Source of the DNA: a bacterium
GTDB taxonomy: Bacteria; SZUA-182; DTGQ01
Length of the DNA: 25,879 bases
Assembly (NCBI GenBank): GCA_040752695.1
Contig: JBFMGO010000088.1
Coordinates: 1 to 25,879, forward strand
Direction of reading: 5' to 3'
The position numbers and the translations under genes are program-made. Of this stretch, positions 7,892 to 18,781 are shown one piece after another; positions within the stretch are counted from its first letter, which is position 1, and every line of letters begins with the position of its first letter. The notes below the pieces were generated by a model. The model was not told the origin of the DNA, searched no databases, and was given only the letters and a program-made list of their open reading frames with translations.

Positions 7892-8395
7892 TCACGTTCC
7901 AATGACGGTAATTGCATTAGTAAAGAGAGTCGAGTTCGGTATGAGAACTTTTTTGCCCTCTGCTCGTAAGGTGGTATACCTGAGGTCGATCTGGGCTACG
8001 ATTCCCTCAAAACCCGCCACAAAAATGTGGTCATTTAACTGAAAAGGAGCAAAAATAATAATCAATATTCCCGCCAGGAGATTGGAAAGGATATCTTTGA
8101 ACGCAAATCCAATGGCAAAGCCGGTAAGTCCCAAGCCGGTGACTAAAGCGGAAACATTGACACCTGCTGTCCCCAATGCCGTGATTGCTCCAAAAGTTAA
8201 TAAAACGATCCTGGCTGTCCTCTCCATCAGGACAAGAATATCTTTCCTGAAATGACTTCTTTGACAGATCCTGCGGACAATCTTCGTAAAGACAGCAGTT
8301 GCAGACCAAAACAGGAGAAAGATAAACAGGCACATCGAAGCTCTGGGGATAAAGAGCATGACTTGCTCCAGTAACTTTTGTAATGGTTCTTCCAT
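7892..8395 (-). CDS. Small-conductance mechanosensitive channel MscS family protein (short form)
   Basis: Three TM helices; GLGLTGFAIGFAFKDILSNLLAG, PFQLNDHI, GIVAQIDLRYT and IPNS motifs. Confidence 0.9.
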   Translation of the reverse strand: MEEPLQKLLEQVMLFIPRASMCLFIFLLFWSATAVFTKIVRRICQRSHFRKDILVLMERTARIVLLTFGAITALGTAGVNVSALVTGLGLTGFAIGFAFKDILSNLLAGILIIIFAPFQLNDHIFVAGFEGIVAQIDLRYTTLRAEGKKVLIPNSTLFTNAITVIGT

Positions 8396-8489
8396 GTATC
8401 AATCCTTCACCGTTAAAAACCTTTATGCATTCAGATAGGTGCCTTTTTCCTTCCCAATAAAATCGGTACTTTGTGCTCAAATTGAGTAA

Positions 8490-8518
8490 TTGACAAAGGC
8501 CATGCTATCTATTAGGAT
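8490..8518 (+). promoter_or_regulatory. Sigma70 promoter for the 511-aa gene
   Basis: TTGACA-17 nt-TAGGAT. Confidence 0.65.
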
Positions 8519-8603
8519 ATAAGAAGTAGACACAGGTACGTTATTTTGTGGGGCTCACCAGATAAGGAGTTAAAGGACGGATCGCCCTTATGACCACTGG
8601 CCA

Positions 8604-10139
8604 TTGAAGAACATCTTTCTTATGATTCTGGCAGCGGCTGCCCTTTATTTCCTCTTCATGTTGCCGGGGGGGAGAAAGGGTGGAAGTCAGGCTCCAGCCA
8701 AAAGGCAGGCGGCTTCAGGTGACACGTATGACCAAAAGGATGCGGAGTTTTATCGATACCGCGAGCAGTCGCTCAAGGGAGGAGCAAAAAGACCGGGGGC
8801 TCAGGGTCCGCACGAGTCCCTGAATCTGTCTCCTTTTCTTGATGATACCTTCGATGGGAACGAAAAAGAAGGAATGCCTCCGGAAGGTAATTCGCTCAAT
8901 ACTTCCCGGTGGGCTGATCGTTCCGGAAACGCTCACTATTTCCCTTCGCAAGTCGCTCTGGCCGATATTGCAGACTACGATGCCATCGAGCACAGATATG
9001 ACCTGAAGAAAATAGACCTTTTTGCCAATAGTGGAGATGTACCGGCAGGTTTATTGCCGGCTTTGAAGGTACTGAATCGAAAAGACATGCCGCAGGATTA
9101 CTTCACCAGTTGGGATTACGAGCATGCTTACAATGAAATCAACATGTTCTATCCAGACTATTATATCTGGCCCTATTTCACGAACAGGGAGGCCAAAACC
9201 AATTTCTTTCTTTTTCTCTTTAATAAGTATGCCAAAGAGAATAAAAGGTGGAGGTCCTACGAAAAGGATGTGTCCGACTGCACCCAGTTCACGCAGAGAA
9301 TTTACCTCATGCTGAATCCGGGCGAAGTACACATGGATGATGAGCAATACTTCCGTTTTCTCTTTTCCGATGAGGGAACCAGGCAGGAGAGGAAAAAGCT
9401 CTGCAACAAGATCCCGCATGTTTTCTATACTCAGCTCGACCCTTATGTTTTAAAGAGAATTCGTTTCGATTCTCCACTTTCCGGCCATGCCATGATCTGC
9501 TTTGCACCGGATGGCAGCTTGCAGGATGTGATCATCGCTGAGCCTCAGTCAGGAGATTTCGAACCTATCGAAGGAAACATTGGCCGTATCTTGAATAACC
9601 TGGATGAGCCGATAACCCGATATCCCCTGATCTGCCGCTTAGGTAAAATCCGCGGCATAGAAAAGGATAAAAGCCATGAGGCTGATATCGCAGTATCAGG
9701 AGTGTATTTTTTCCCGCGGCTTTCTTCATCTTTTGACTCTCAATACGAACCGGAAGATCCCCGGCTGGATTATGGGCAAAAATCGATCCTTTTACAGGAT
9801 CAGACCTACTATCTTTTCCGGGTCATCTCCTCATACCTGAAAGGGGTGCTGGATGATCGGGCTGTCGACCGGGTTGGCTATCTGCACTCGATCGATGCCA
9901 TGATGCGGAGTGGAAATCTCACTCTCCCCAACCTGGAGGGTGAACTCAGCGCTTCAATTAACCTAGTCATGCACGGCCTCATCACTTTGGATATTTCGGA
10001 CCTTCGGCGCATCAAGGATGAGGTGAAAGAGCTGAAAGCCAGTGCGGAAGGACAGCCCAGCATTTCCCCGCAGATCACTGACCTTGTAACCAGGCTCAAT
10101 TATCTTTTCCTGCTCAAGCTCGAACCCCTCCTCGGATAA
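8604..10139 (+). CDS. N-terminally anchored hypothetical protein, candidate papain-like cysteine protease/transglutaminase-fold enzyme
   Basis: 511-aa ORF with N-terminal hydrophobic helix; motifs SDCTQF (C226), GHAMI (H295) and IAEPQSG (E313). TTG start uncertain. Confidence 0.75.
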   Translation: MKNIFLMILAAAALYFLFMLPGGRKGGSQAPAKRQAASGDTYDQKDAEFYRYREQSLKGGAKRPGAQGPHESLNLSPFLDDTFDGNEKEGMPPEGNSLNTSRWADRSGNAHYFPSQVALADIADYDAIEHRYDLKKIDLFANSGDVPAGLLPALKVLNRKDMPQDYFTSWDYEHAYNEINMFYPDYYIWPYFTNREAKTNFFLFLFNKYAKENKRWRSYEKDVSDCTQFTQRIYLMLNPGEVHMDDEQYFRFLFSDEGTRQERKKLCNKIPHVFYTQLDPYVLKRIRFDSPLSGHAMICFAPDGSLQDVIIAEPQSGDFEPIEGNIGRILNNLDEPITRYPLICRLGKIRGIEKDKSHEADIAVSGVYFFPRLSSSFDSQYEPEDPRLDYGQKSILLQDQTYYLFRVISSYLKGVLDDRAVDRVGYLHSIDAMMRSGNLTLPNLEGELSASINLVMHGLITLDISDLRRIKDEVKELKASAEGQPSISPQITDLVTRLNYLFLLKLEPLLG

Positions 10140-10255
10140 GCCGCATCCGGGGGAGCAGTTTTCGTATCATATCTTTTTACCTACACAGTATAGTTTTGAT
10201 TTCCAACCGAAAGATAAGGTATAGTATAGGCATGGTGGCCAATAAGGAAGGTAAT

Positions 10256-10570
10256 ATGCCAGAGCAGAATGAACAAAAACCAGAGCACCTCGAAAAGTAT
10301 CTGGAAGTGAGATTCCAGCGTATTGACGAAGCCATTATGCATATAGACCAAAAGGTCTCGCACATTGACCAGCGGGTAGAGCACATTGACCAGAGAGTAG
10401 ATGCGATTAAAGCTGATAACCAGGCAACCCGCCGATGGGTAATAGGCACGGTGGTTGGAACTGGCCTTGTTGTGCTCTTCGGTATCGCTGCTATCTTCCT
10501 TACCTTCGCCCAAATTCAGACCTCATGGATACAGCAGATTATTTCTCTTGCGTTAAAGGGGATAAAATAA
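10256..10570 (+). CDS. Small coiled-coil protein with C-terminal TM helix (DUF1640-like architecture)
   Basis: Heptads HIDQKVS-HIDQRVE-HIDQRVD followed by WVIGTVVGTGLVVLFGIAAIFL. RBS AAGGAAGG precedes ATG 10256. Confidence 0.75.
   Translation: MPEQNEQKPEHLEKYLEVRFQRIDEAIMHIDQKVSHIDQRVEHIDQRVDAIKADNQATRRWVIGTVVGTGLVVLFGIAAIFLTFAQIQTSWIQQIISLALKGIK
10340..10402 (+). repeat. Three 21-bp coding tandem repeats (heptads)
   Basis: catatagaccaaaaggtctcg / cacattgaccagcgggtagag / cacattgaccagagagtagat. Confidence 0.8.
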
Positions 10571-10654
10571 CTCCTCTTTTTTTATATTCCTCGATCATTG
10601 CTTGCTTGGAGTCAGTCTGTGACATTTGCTTGATTGTTTGACATAAGTGCCGCA

Positions 10655-12067
10655 TCAAATCCGCTCTGCCCTGACCATATTCGTATTTCCCGGCTTTTTT
10701 AATGGTATGCCTGCGGTAAAAACTACTGTATCGTCAGTAAGGATCCAATTATTGTCTTGAGCAATTTTCTTGGCCTTGTCTGTCATGTCATCCAGATCGG
10801 AAAAATCGGTCAGGAGAAAAGGATGGACTCCCCATGAAAGCTGGAGACTCCTTTGCGTGGACCTATGGCGGGTAAAGGCCAGGATGGGTGTTTGGGGCCT
10901 GTAGCGGGCAACCAGCCGGGCAGTTTGGCCTGATTCGGTGAGGGTGATAATAGCACTGGCTTTCAGGTAGTAAGCCATATCGTTGCAGGCTTCGCTGACT
11001 GCCTCTTCGATGGTTAATGCGTCAGGACTGGTCATCCGGTCGAGACTTTTCCAGAAAGGAAAATTTTTTTCAACTTCCCGGATGATATTGGACATGGTTT
11101 GAACCGTATCTACGGGGTAGTTTCCCGCAGCAGTCTCTTCGGACAGCATCAGAGCATCGGAACCGTCCAGTACCGCATTGGCCACATCCGCGACTTCGGC
11201 CCGGGTGGGACGGGGATTATCAACCATGGATTTTAACATCTGGGTGGCCGTTATGACCGGCTTTCCTGCTCCATTGGCCGCATCGATGAGGTGCTTTTGA
11301 ATAATCGGCACCTTCTCCAGCGGGATTTCCACTCCCAGGTCTCCTCTGGCGATCATAATACCGTCTGCGACAGCGATAATCTCATTGAACTTTTCAACAG
11401 CGCTTTCTTTTTCAATCTTGGCGATGAGCTGAATCGAAGAGCCTTTTTGTTCCAGAATCTTTCTGGCCGGACACAGATCATCGGCATTTCGCACAAAAGA
11501 AAGAGCGGTAAAATCAACGCCATGCTCGATTCCCCACAAAAGGTCTTCTTGATCCTGAGGTGTAAAGGCGGGAATGGACGGGGTATCCCCCGGCAGGTTG
11601 ATTCCTTTGTGAGAGGCGAGGAGTCCTCCAATCAGCACCTGGCAGTCAACTTCCCCCGGCCCCCTGGCCACAGCCTCCAGTTGGATGCTCCCGTCAGCCA
11701 GCAGCAGGGTGTCTCCGGCTTTGATGTCCTGAATCATGGCCGGATAATTCACCGATGCTCTTCTGGCATTCCCCTCTATCGGCTGTGCTGTCAGAGTAAA
11801 GAGGTCTCCTTTTTCCAGCCGGATCTCTCCTCCGGCGATAGAACCGACCCGTAATTTCGGACCTGGCAGATCCAAAAGGACGGCTATCGGCTTTCCCAGC
11901 TTATCCGAGAGCGATCGAATGAGGCAGAGTGTTTGTTCGTGCTCTTTCCTCGCTCCATGAGAGAAATTGAGACGGGCGACATCCATCCCGGCCCGAATCA
12001 GCCTTTCCAGAATATCAGGACTGTTGCTGGTTGGTCCAATGGTACATACAATTTTGGTTCTCCTCAT
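10655..12067 (-). CDS. pyk: Pyruvate kinase
   Basis: RRTKIVCTIGP, ARLNFSHG, IAKIE, MIARGDLGVE, ATQMLKSM and MLSEETA motifs. Confidence 0.98.
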   Translation of the reverse strand: MRRTKIVCTIGPTSNSPDILERLIRAGMDVARLNFSHGARKEHEQTLCLIRSLSDKLGKPIAVLLDLPGPKLRVGSIAGGEIRLEKGDLFTLTAQPIEGNARRASVNYPAMIQDIKAGDTLLLADGSIQLEAVARGPGEVDCQVLIGGLLASHKGINLPGDTPSIPAFTPQDQEDLLWGIEHGVDFTALSFVRNADDLCPARKILEQKGSSIQLIAKIEKESAVEKFNEIIAVADGIMIARGDLGVEIPLEKVPIIQKHLIDAANGAGKPVITATQMLKSMVDNPRPTRAEVADVANAVLDGSDALMLSEETAAGNYPVDTVQTMSNIIREVEKNFPFWKSLDRMTSPDALTIEEAVSEACNDMAYYLKASAIITLTESGQTARLVARYRPQTPILAFTRHRSTQRSLQLSWGVHPFLLTDFSDLDDMTDKAKKIAQDNNWILTDDTVVFTAGIPLKKPGNTNMVRAERI

Positions 12068-12156
12068 CCCTCATCTCCTCTCCTTGCTCTGGTTATCGCT
12101 CTATCTTCCTCATCTCTTGCCTTTTTTGCTGTTTTGTCTTTCGACCCTTGGTTCTC

Positions 12157-13380
12157 TTACCCGGCCTTAACCTTTAAGAATTTTCTTTTTCCAACCTTGA
12201 TCACGATTTCCCCGTCAATGGCCAGTTCCAGGTTTTCATCCAGTACCTTCTCTCCACCGACGGCTACGCTTCCCTGCTTGATTAATCGGCGCGCCTGGCT
12301 GCTGCTCTCTACCGTATTGGAATCCAAAAGGACCCTGATAATCCACATCCTTGTGCCTTGAGGAAGGGTGAACTCCGGAATCTCGTCCGGGATTTCCTTG
12401 CGCTGGTGAACCGTCTCGAAGTGCTCTTGCGCATCCTTAGCTGCCTGATCGCCGTGGTACTGCTTGATAATGTATGCGGCCAGGTCCTTTTTCGCGTCCC
12501 GTGGGTTTACTGCTCCTTCGGTCATTTCCGATTTCAGCTTTTCGATGTATGAGGACGGGTGGTCAGTGAGCAGATTGTAATACCTGATCATGAGATCATC
12601 GGAAATGGACATGATCTTGCCGTACATCTGATCAGGCTCCTCGTCGATGCCGATGTAATTGCCGAGACTCTTGCTCATCTTGTTTATCCCGTCGGTTCCT
12701 TCGAGCAGGGGCATCATCAGTACCACCTGTGGCGATTGTCCCCAATCCCGCTGCAAATCCCTTCCCACCAGCAGGTTAAACTTTTGATCCGATCCTCCAA
12801 GCTCTACGTCGGATCGAAGCATAACCGAATCGTATCCTTGAATCAGAGGATACAAAAACTCGTGGATACTGATCGGCTGGTGACTGGCAAACCGCTTCGA
12901 GAAGTCGTCCCTCTCCAGCATCCGGGCCACGGTCTGACGGGCGCACAGCTTGATCAGTCCTTCGGCATCCAGTTTTGACATCCAGGTGCTGTTGAAGTCG
13001 ACGATGGTCCGCTCGCGGTCCAGGATCTTGAAGATCTGGCGCTGATAGGTTTCAGCGTTCCTCATTACTTCCTCGCGGGTCAGCGTCTTTCTCGTTTCGG
13101 ATTTTCCGGTCGGATCTCCGATCATGCCGGTAAAGTCGCCGATCAGAAAGATTACCTCATGGCCAAGACGCTGAAAGTCACGCAGTTTTTGGACCAAAAC
13201 CGTATGCCCGAGGTGAATGTCCGGAGCCGTGGGGTCAAACCCTGCTTTGATCCGCAGGGGCTTTTGGGTCGCTACCGATTGCTCCAACTTCTTTAGAAGT
13301 TCCTCTTCGGAAATGATTTCTACCGCGCCTTTGCCGATTATTTCCATCTGCTCTTTTGCACTTAGCATAGTCTTTTGCAT
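12157..13380 (-). CDS. tyrS: Tyrosine--tRNA ligase
   Basis: [13 protein letters not shown] (HIGH), KMSKS and C-terminal S4 domain. Start placed at ATG 13380 with upstream AAGGTAAGGA. Confidence 0.97.
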   Translation of the reverse strand: MQKTMLSAKEQMEIIGKGAVEIISEEELLKKLEQSVATQKPLRIKAGFDPTAPDIHLGHTVLVQKLRDFQRLGHEVIFLIGDFTGMIGDPTGKSETRKTLTREEVMRNAETYQRQIFKILDRERTIVDFNSTWMSKLDAEGLIKLCARQTVARMLERDDFSKRFASHQPISIHEFLYPLIQGYDSVMLRSDVELGGSDQKFNLLVGRDLQRDWGQSPQVVLMMPLLEGTDGINKMSKSLGNYIGIDEEPDQMYGKIMSISDDLMIRYYNLLTDHPSSYIEKLKSEMTEGAVNPRDAKKDLAAYIIKQYHGDQAAKDAQEHFETVHQRKEIPDEIPEFTLPQGTRMWIIRVLLDSNTVESSSQARRLIKQGSVAVGGEKVLDENLELAIDGEIVIKVGKRKFLKVKAG

Positions 13381-13427
13381 ATCCTTACCTTCATGAGGGT
13401 TTCTTTCACCTTCCGTTCTTTCCATTC

Positions 13428-14207
13428 CTACACCTCGATCATGTTCCCGATCTGATGCTGGCTGGCAATACTGAGGGTTACCTTCAGATCGTTTCTCTCC
13501 AAAATGGCCTGCATGGCTGTTTGATGGGCCAGGGCGGTATGATTGTTCTTTTCGCTGAGGTGGGCGAGGATGACATTTTTGAGTTCTTCGTGGAGCAATT
13601 CCCGCAGCAGAGATTGTGAACCCTCGTTGGACAGGTGCCCGAATCCTCCCCTGATTCTTTGTTTCAGCCACCAGGGATACGGACCGCAAAGAAGCATCTC
13701 GGGATCATGGTTGGATTCGAGGATCAAAGCATGGCAGTCCTTCAGCATCTGCCTTACCAGGGTGGTGGGTCTGCCAAGGTCTGTGGCAATGCCCAGCTTT
13801 CGGCCTTCCAGAGAAAAGCAGAAATTTACCGGATCAGCGGCATCGTGCGGTACGGAGAACGGCTCTATAAAAAGGTCATGGAGCTTTAGTTTTTGATTGG
13901 TTTCGAAAATTTCCAGTTGATGCAGCCGCCCCAGCTTGATGCGGGCTGCCTCGTAGGTCGATGCATTCAGATAGAGAGGGATTCGATACCTGCGTCCGAG
14001 AACTCCGGCTGAGCGGATATGGTCGATATGCTCGTGAGAAATCAGAATACCGCACAGCTCATCGGGTCTTGCCGATACCATCGCCATCCGGCTGACAATC
14101 TCGCTGGCACTGAAGCCCGCATCCACCAGGATTTTAGTCTCTTTGGAGCATACCAGGATCGAATTACCAGAACTGCCGCTTCCCAAGATACAGAACCGAA
14201 GGCTAAT
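13428..14207 (-). CDS. MBL-fold metallo-hydrolase (YycJ/WalJ-like), probable non-canonical ATT start
   Basis: [37 protein letters not shown] and AHLS motifs. AAGGAGG lies 6 nt before ATT at 14207. Confidence 0.92.
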   Translation of the reverse strand: MSLRFCILGSGSSGNSILVCSKETKILVDAGFSASEIVSRMAMVSARPDELCGILISHEHIDHIRSAGVLGRRYRIPLYLNASTYEAARIKLGRLHQLEIFETNQKLKLHDLFIEPFSVPHDAADPVNFCFSLEGRKLGIATDLGRPTTLVRQMLKDCHALILESNHDPEMLLCGPYPWWLKQRIRGGFGHLSNEGSQSLLRELLHEELKNVILAHLSEKNNHTALAHQTAMQAILERNDLKVTLSIASQHQIGNMIEV

Positions 14208-14283
14208 TCCTTTCCTCCTTCACCCTTCCCTTGCGACGAAGCAAAGAACCTTAAGCAGGTCCTGATGTCTACCGGCAAGGCGC

Positions 14284-14739
14284 CTAAACGCCGGTATGCC
14301 CGAATCCTCCGTCCGACCTTTTTGTCTCCGGCAGGTTTTCAACCACTTCGAAGCATCCTGCATACACTTTATGGATTACCATCTGGGCGATGCGATCTCC
14401 CCGGTTGATCAGGAAAGGGTCTTTACCGTGATTAACCACAATTACCTTGACTTCTCCACGGTAATCCGCATCGATGGTCCCGGGGCTGTTCAAAAGACTG
14501 ATTCCGCTACGAAGGGCCAATCCGCTTCGCGGCCGGATCTGTGCCTCATAACCGGGAGGGATGGCGATGGAAAAACCGGTCGATACAGCCACCCAGTCAC
14601 CCGGTAAGACAGAGGTTGGTTCCCTGACAGCGGCAAAGAGGTCCATTCCGGCAGCCAGCTCGCTCATGTAGGCAGGCAGCGGGATGTCCTCACATCCAGC
14701 CAGCTTTTTAATTTTTATTTCTACCTTTTCCTTTTTCAT
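14284..14739 (-). CDS. dut: dUTP diphosphatase
   Basis: [28 protein letters not shown] and GGFGHTG motifs. Confidence 0.97.
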   Translation of the reverse strand: MKKEKVEIKIKKLAGCEDIPLPAYMSELAAGMDLFAAVREPTSVLPGDWVAVSTGFSIAIPPGYEAQIRPRSGLALRSGISLLNSPGTIDADYRGEVKVIVVNHGKDPFLINRGDRIAQMVIHKVYAGCFEVVENLPETKRSDGGFGHTGV

Positions 14740-16020
14740 CTAACAGCGCAAATCATCGATGGACCATTTCGGCACCGTGGAATCTCCCAGGACAGTCAGG
14801 CTCAAGTTTTCGGTCTGAAACAAAAGTCCTGCCAGCGAAAGGAGATCCTCCTGCGTGACTTCATCGATTTTTGAGAGGATTTCAGTGAGCGAGAGATTCT
14901 TTTTGAAGTACATCTCCTGCCGGGCCAGTTTACTCATGCGGTTCAGGGTACTTTCCAGTCCCAGCATGAGGCTTCCCTTTAACTGGTCTTTGGCTCTTTG
15001 CAGTTCCTCGCAGGTCACCTCCTGCTCTTTGAGGATCGTTAACTCTTCCAGAATCAGGGTGACCGTATCATGGAACGATTGGGGGCGGGTGCCTGCGTAG
15101 ATGGATACCATTCCAGCATCCTGATAGGACTGAAAAGAGGAGTAGACCGAGTATGCCAGCCCCCGCTGTTCCCGGATCTTCTGAAACAGGCGGGAGCTCA
15201 TTCCCCCGCCCAGGATAGAATTCAGAAGATAGCTTGCAAAGCGCAGGCTGTGGTTTTGGGGAAGACCACCGAGTGCCAGGCACAGATGAACCTGCTCCAG
15301 ATTTTTCAGAACATAGGTAATCTGGTGATGAGCCGTTGGCTGGTGGCCGGGCACCCTCTTTTCCCCGGTGGAAGAGACAGCGGCTGAGAGACTTCTCTTT
15401 TGAATCAAATCGCACAGGGAATCCTGGCAGATATTTCCTGCCGCTGTGATAATGATCTTTCCAGGAGTATAATTTTGTACGAAATAATCAACCAGGTTTT
15501 TCCGGGTAAATCGCTGTACACTTTCCCGGCAGCCGATGATGGACCGGCCGAGCGGCTGATCCGGCCAGAGGTTTTGTATGCCAAGGTCATGGACGAGTTC
15601 ATCAGGGCTGTCTTCGATGGTTTTGATTTCCTCCAGAATGACATCCCGCTCCCGATCGATTTCCTGTTCATCAAAGAGGGAATTTTTCAATTGATCCATC
15701 AGGATATCGATGACCTTGGGGAGATGTTCGTCCAGCACCGTAGCTAAAAGGCAGGTATACTCACGGCTGGTAAAAGCATCCAGGTGTCCGCCCAGAGAGT
15801 CCACATCGCGGGCGATATCGTAGGCGGTCCTGTTTGGCGTACCCTTAAAGAGCATATGCTCGACAAAGTGCGTGATTCCGCTTTCCTCACTCTCTTCCGC
15901 CTGTGATCCGCCGAGAATCCAGAAACCAATCGAAACGGACCGCACCGATGGAATATGCTCGGTTATCAGCCTGAGGCCGTTTTCCATTACAATCTTTTGG
16001 GCGGCCGGCTCAGGGGTCAT
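14740..16020 (-). CDS. M16 (pitrilysin) family zinc peptidase
   Basis: Inverted zinc motif [25 protein letters not shown] and GLAYSV; conserved position after pnp with ATGA overlap. Confidence 0.95.
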   Translation of the reverse strand: MTPEPAAQKIVMENGLRLITEHIPSVRSVSIGFWILGGSQAEESEESGITHFVEHMLFKGTPNRTAYDIARDVDSLGGHLDAFTSREYTCLLATVLDEHLPKVIDILMDQLKNSLFDEQEIDRERDVILEEIKTIEDSPDELVHDLGIQNLWPDQPLGRSIIGCRESVQRFTRKNLVDYFVQNYTPGKIIITAAGNICQDSLCDLIQKRSLSAAVSSTGEKRVPGHQPTAHHQITYVLKNLEQVHLCLALGGLPQNHSLRFASYLLNSILGGGMSSRLFQKIREQRGLAYSVYSSFQSYQDAGMVSIYAGTRPQSFHDTVTLILEELTILKEQEVTCEELQRAKDQLKGSLMLGLESTLNRMSKLARQEMYFKKNLSLTEILSKIDEVTQEDLLSLAGLLFQTENLSLTVLGDSTVPKWSIDDLRC

Positions 16021-18146
16021 CGCCGGTCCCCGTGTGTTCGCGTCTCATGTTCCCTTCGCTCTTCCTGTGGTTTTTCAAGCAGGGCCTTATGGCTCAATTT
16101 CACCTTTCCCTGTTTGTCGATTTCAATGACTTTGACCTCTATCTCGTCCCCTTCTTTTAAGGCGTCTTCTACCCTGCGCAGCCTCTGGTGTGAAATCTGT
16201 GAGATATGTAAAAGGCCGTCCGTACCGGGGATAATTTCCACAAAGGCACCAAAATCCACAACCCGTTTCACCTTTCCCTGATAAACCTTGCCTACTTCAG
16301 GCTCCTCAACCAGGTTGGTGATCAATTGAATGGCTTTTTTAGCCGATACCTCATCACTGGAAGCGATAATGATCTTACCGTCATCCTCGATGTCGATTTT
16401 GACGCCTGTCTGATCGATAATGCTGCGGATCATCTTTCCACCCGGACCGATGACAACACCAACCTTATCGCTCTTGATCTGAATCGAGAAGATTCGAGGA
16501 GCATAGCTCGATATATTCTCCCGTGGGCTGGAAATGGCCTCAATCATTTTTTCGAGGATAAAAAGCCGTCCCTCTCTGGCCTGGGCCAGAGCTTTTTCCA
16601 TAATCTCTTCACTGATGCCCTTGATTTTCACATCCATCTGAAAGGCGGTAATTCCGTCTCTCGTTCCGGCCACTTTAAAATCCATGTCTCCGTTGTGGTC
16701 TTCCATGCCCATGATATCACTCAGGATGGCAACCTTATCTCCCTCTTTGACCAATCCCATGGCAATTCCGGCCACCGGGGATGTGATAGGCACTCCGGCA
16801 TCCATAAGGGCGAGTGTTCCGCCGCAAACCGAGGCCATGGAAGAAGAGCCATTTGATTCCAGAACATCCGAAACAATCCGGATGGTATAGGGAAAATCCT
16901 CCGTCTTCGGCAGAACTGCCTTCAAGGATCGCTCCGCCAACAGGCCGTGACCGATCTCTCTGCGGCCGGGAGAGCGTAAAGCGCCAACCTCTCCAACGCT
17001 GAACGGAGGAAAGTTGTAGTGCAGCATGAATGTCTTGGAGGTTTCTCCTTCCAGTTCATCCATTCTCTGTTCATCTTCGGTGGTCCCCAAGGTGACAATA
17101 GCCAGCGCCTGAGTTTCTCCGCGGGTAAAGAGAGCCGATCCATGGGTCCTGGGAAGTACGGAAACCTGACAATCGATCGGCCTGATCTGGGTCAGGGTTC
17201 GGCCATCAGCTCTTTTTCCCTCCTCGGTGATGAGCCGACGCACGGCTTCCTTTTCTATGGATTCAAAAATAGCTTTGATCTCTTTTTGCTTAAGCTCATC
17301 TTCCTGGCCGAATTCTGCGATCGCCTCATCTAAGATTTTGTTTAACCCTTCCTGCCGGTCCATTTTTCCAGGGATGACAATCGCCTTTTTCATTTTTTCT
17401 TCAAAAGCTCCCCGAATCTGGCTCATGAGTTCCTCGTTAACAACCGGCTGAGAAACCTCTATTTTTTGTTTTTGTACCTGTCGCTGCAACTCTTCCTGCA
17501 AATCGAGCATGGGAACCATAGAGCGGTGAGCAAAGGAGATGGCATTCTTCATCATCTCTTCCGAAATCTCACTCGCCTGTCCTTCCACCATCACCACGGC
17601 ATCTTTCGTCCCTGCAACCACAAGGTTTAATTGGCTTTTATCCAATTCCTTGCTGGTCGGATTCAAAACCAGTTCGCCATTAATCAGACCCACACGCACT
17701 GCGGCTATAGGCTGAGAGAACGGGATGTCCGAAACGGTCAAAGCTGCCGAAGCCCCGATAATCGATAAAATATCTGGATCATTTTCCAGGTCCGCCGATA
17801 ACACCATGGCGATGATCTGCACTTCATTCCGGAATCCATCCGGAAACAATGGACGAATAGGTCTATCAATCAGCCGGGAGGTCAAAATTTCCTTCTCCGA
17901 AGGACGGCCCTCACGCTTATAAAACCCGCCTGGTATCTTGCCTGCTGCATACGATTTTTCCAGGTAATTAACAGTGAGAGGGAAAAAATCCGTCCCCTCA
18001 CGTGGCTTGGATTCACAGACCGCGGTAACGAGCACCACTGTCTCTCCGTACTGGACCGTTACCGCCCCGCTGGCCTGCTTTGCCATTAATCCCGTAGTGA
18101 TGGTGAGAGTTCTTTGTGCTAACTCCCCTTGCACAGTTTTAATCAT
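16017..18146 (-). CDS. pnp: Polyribonucleotide nucleotidyltransferase
   Basis: [27 protein letters not shown] and GDMDFKVAG motifs; KH and S1 domains. Start ATG 18146 (GTG 18173 possible). Confidence 0.98.
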   Translation of the reverse strand: MIKTVQGELAQRTLTITTGLMAKQASGAVTVQYGETVVLVTAVCESKPREGTDFFPLTVNYLEKSYAAGKIPGGFYKREGRPSEKEILTSRLIDRPIRPLFPDGFRNEVQIIAMVLSADLENDPDILSIIGASAALTVSDIPFSQPIAAVRVGLINGELVLNPTSKELDKSQLNLVVAGTKDAVVMVEGQASEISEEMMKNAISFAHRSMVPMLDLQEELQRQVQKQKIEVSQPVVNEELMSQIRGAFEEKMKKAIVIPGKMDRQEGLNKILDEAIAEFGQEDELKQKEIKAIFESIEKEAVRRLITEEGKRADGRTLTQIRPIDCQVSVLPRTHGSALFTRGETQALAIVTLGTTEDEQRMDELEGETSKTFMLHYNFPPFSVGEVGALRSPGRREIGHGLLAERSLKAVLPKTEDFPYTIRIVSDVLESNGSSSMASVCGGTLALMDAGVPITSPVAGIAMGLVKEGDKVAILSDIMGMEDHNGDMDFKVAGTRDGITAFQMDVKIKGISEEIMEKALAQAREGRLFILEKMIEAISSPRENISSYAPRIFSIQIKSDKVGVVIGPGGKMIRSIIDQTGVKIDIEDDGKIIIASSDEVSAKKAIQLITNLVEEPEVGKVYQGKVKRVVDFGAFVEIIPGTDGLLHISQISHQRLRRVEDALKEGDEIEVKVIEIDKQGKVKLSHKALLEKPQEERREHETRTHGDRR

Positions 18147-18278
18147 AATAAGGTAAGCCTCCACCTTTTCCACAATCTTTCAGTCCGCTTGTTCTTTTGG
18201 GAACACAACTCCATAGGGGTAGATTTTGGAGAAGATCTTTCATGAATAACGTGGTAGTCATCTACTTTCAGAAGGCAT

Positions 18279-18548
18279 CTACTTTCTGATACCAAGACGT
18301 GTGATTACTTCTTTGTAACGATCTTCGCTGTTGGTTCTCAGATAATTCAGCAGTCTTCTCCTTTGTCCAACCATTTTGAGCAATCCCCGACGAGAATGAT
18401 GATCTCCCTTGTGGATTTTGAAATGCTCTGTCAGATAGTTGATTCTCTCACTTAAAAGGGCAATCTGCACCTCTGGAGAACCAGTATCGTTGTCATGTTT
18501 ACGAAATGAACCGATGATCTCTTGTTTTTTCTCTTTCGCAAGTGGCAT
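18279..18548 (-). CDS. rpsO: 30S ribosomal protein S15
   Basis: [10 protein letters not shown] and [22 protein letters not shown] motifs. Confidence 0.99.
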   Translation of the reverse strand: MPLAKEKKQEIIGSFRKHDNDTGSPEVQIALLSERINYLTEHFKIHKGDHHSRRGLLKMVGQRRRLLNYLRTNSEDRYKEVITRLGIRK

Positions 18549-18633
18549 CTTTACCCCTCCTGCATGTTAATGAATAATAAAGCTTTATTGAATCAACTAT
18601 GGTTTTCTTAATCAACATATGGCATAAAATCAT

Positions 18634-18662
18634 ATGTTAGCACAAGAAAAAGCTATTGTAAA
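18634..18662 (-). promoter_or_regulatory. Sigma70 promoter of the rpsO-pnp run
   Basis: Minus strand TTTACA-17 nt-TAACAT with TG extension. Confidence 0.65.
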
Positions 18663-18781
18663 GGAGGGATTTTTTTAAGCTGATTCAGGATCTTAAATCT
18701 TTAGGATGGGTATCAAAAGAGGTGATTTAAAAATACCGACAGCAGGAATAGAGAAAGGCTTTGCGGCATCTCCCCCACTTT

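Noticed and set aside
13381..13689. 103-aa N-terminal extension of TyrS in the ORF track
   Set aside because: It overlaps the MBL gene in another frame and is not TyrRS-like; a good RBS and ATG exist at 13380.
18238..18249. TTTCATGAATAA identical to 110-121 in the putative IS end
   Set aside because: Only 12 AT-rich bp, in the same orientation, lacking the CCCGG terminus, and lying between core genes; likely chance.
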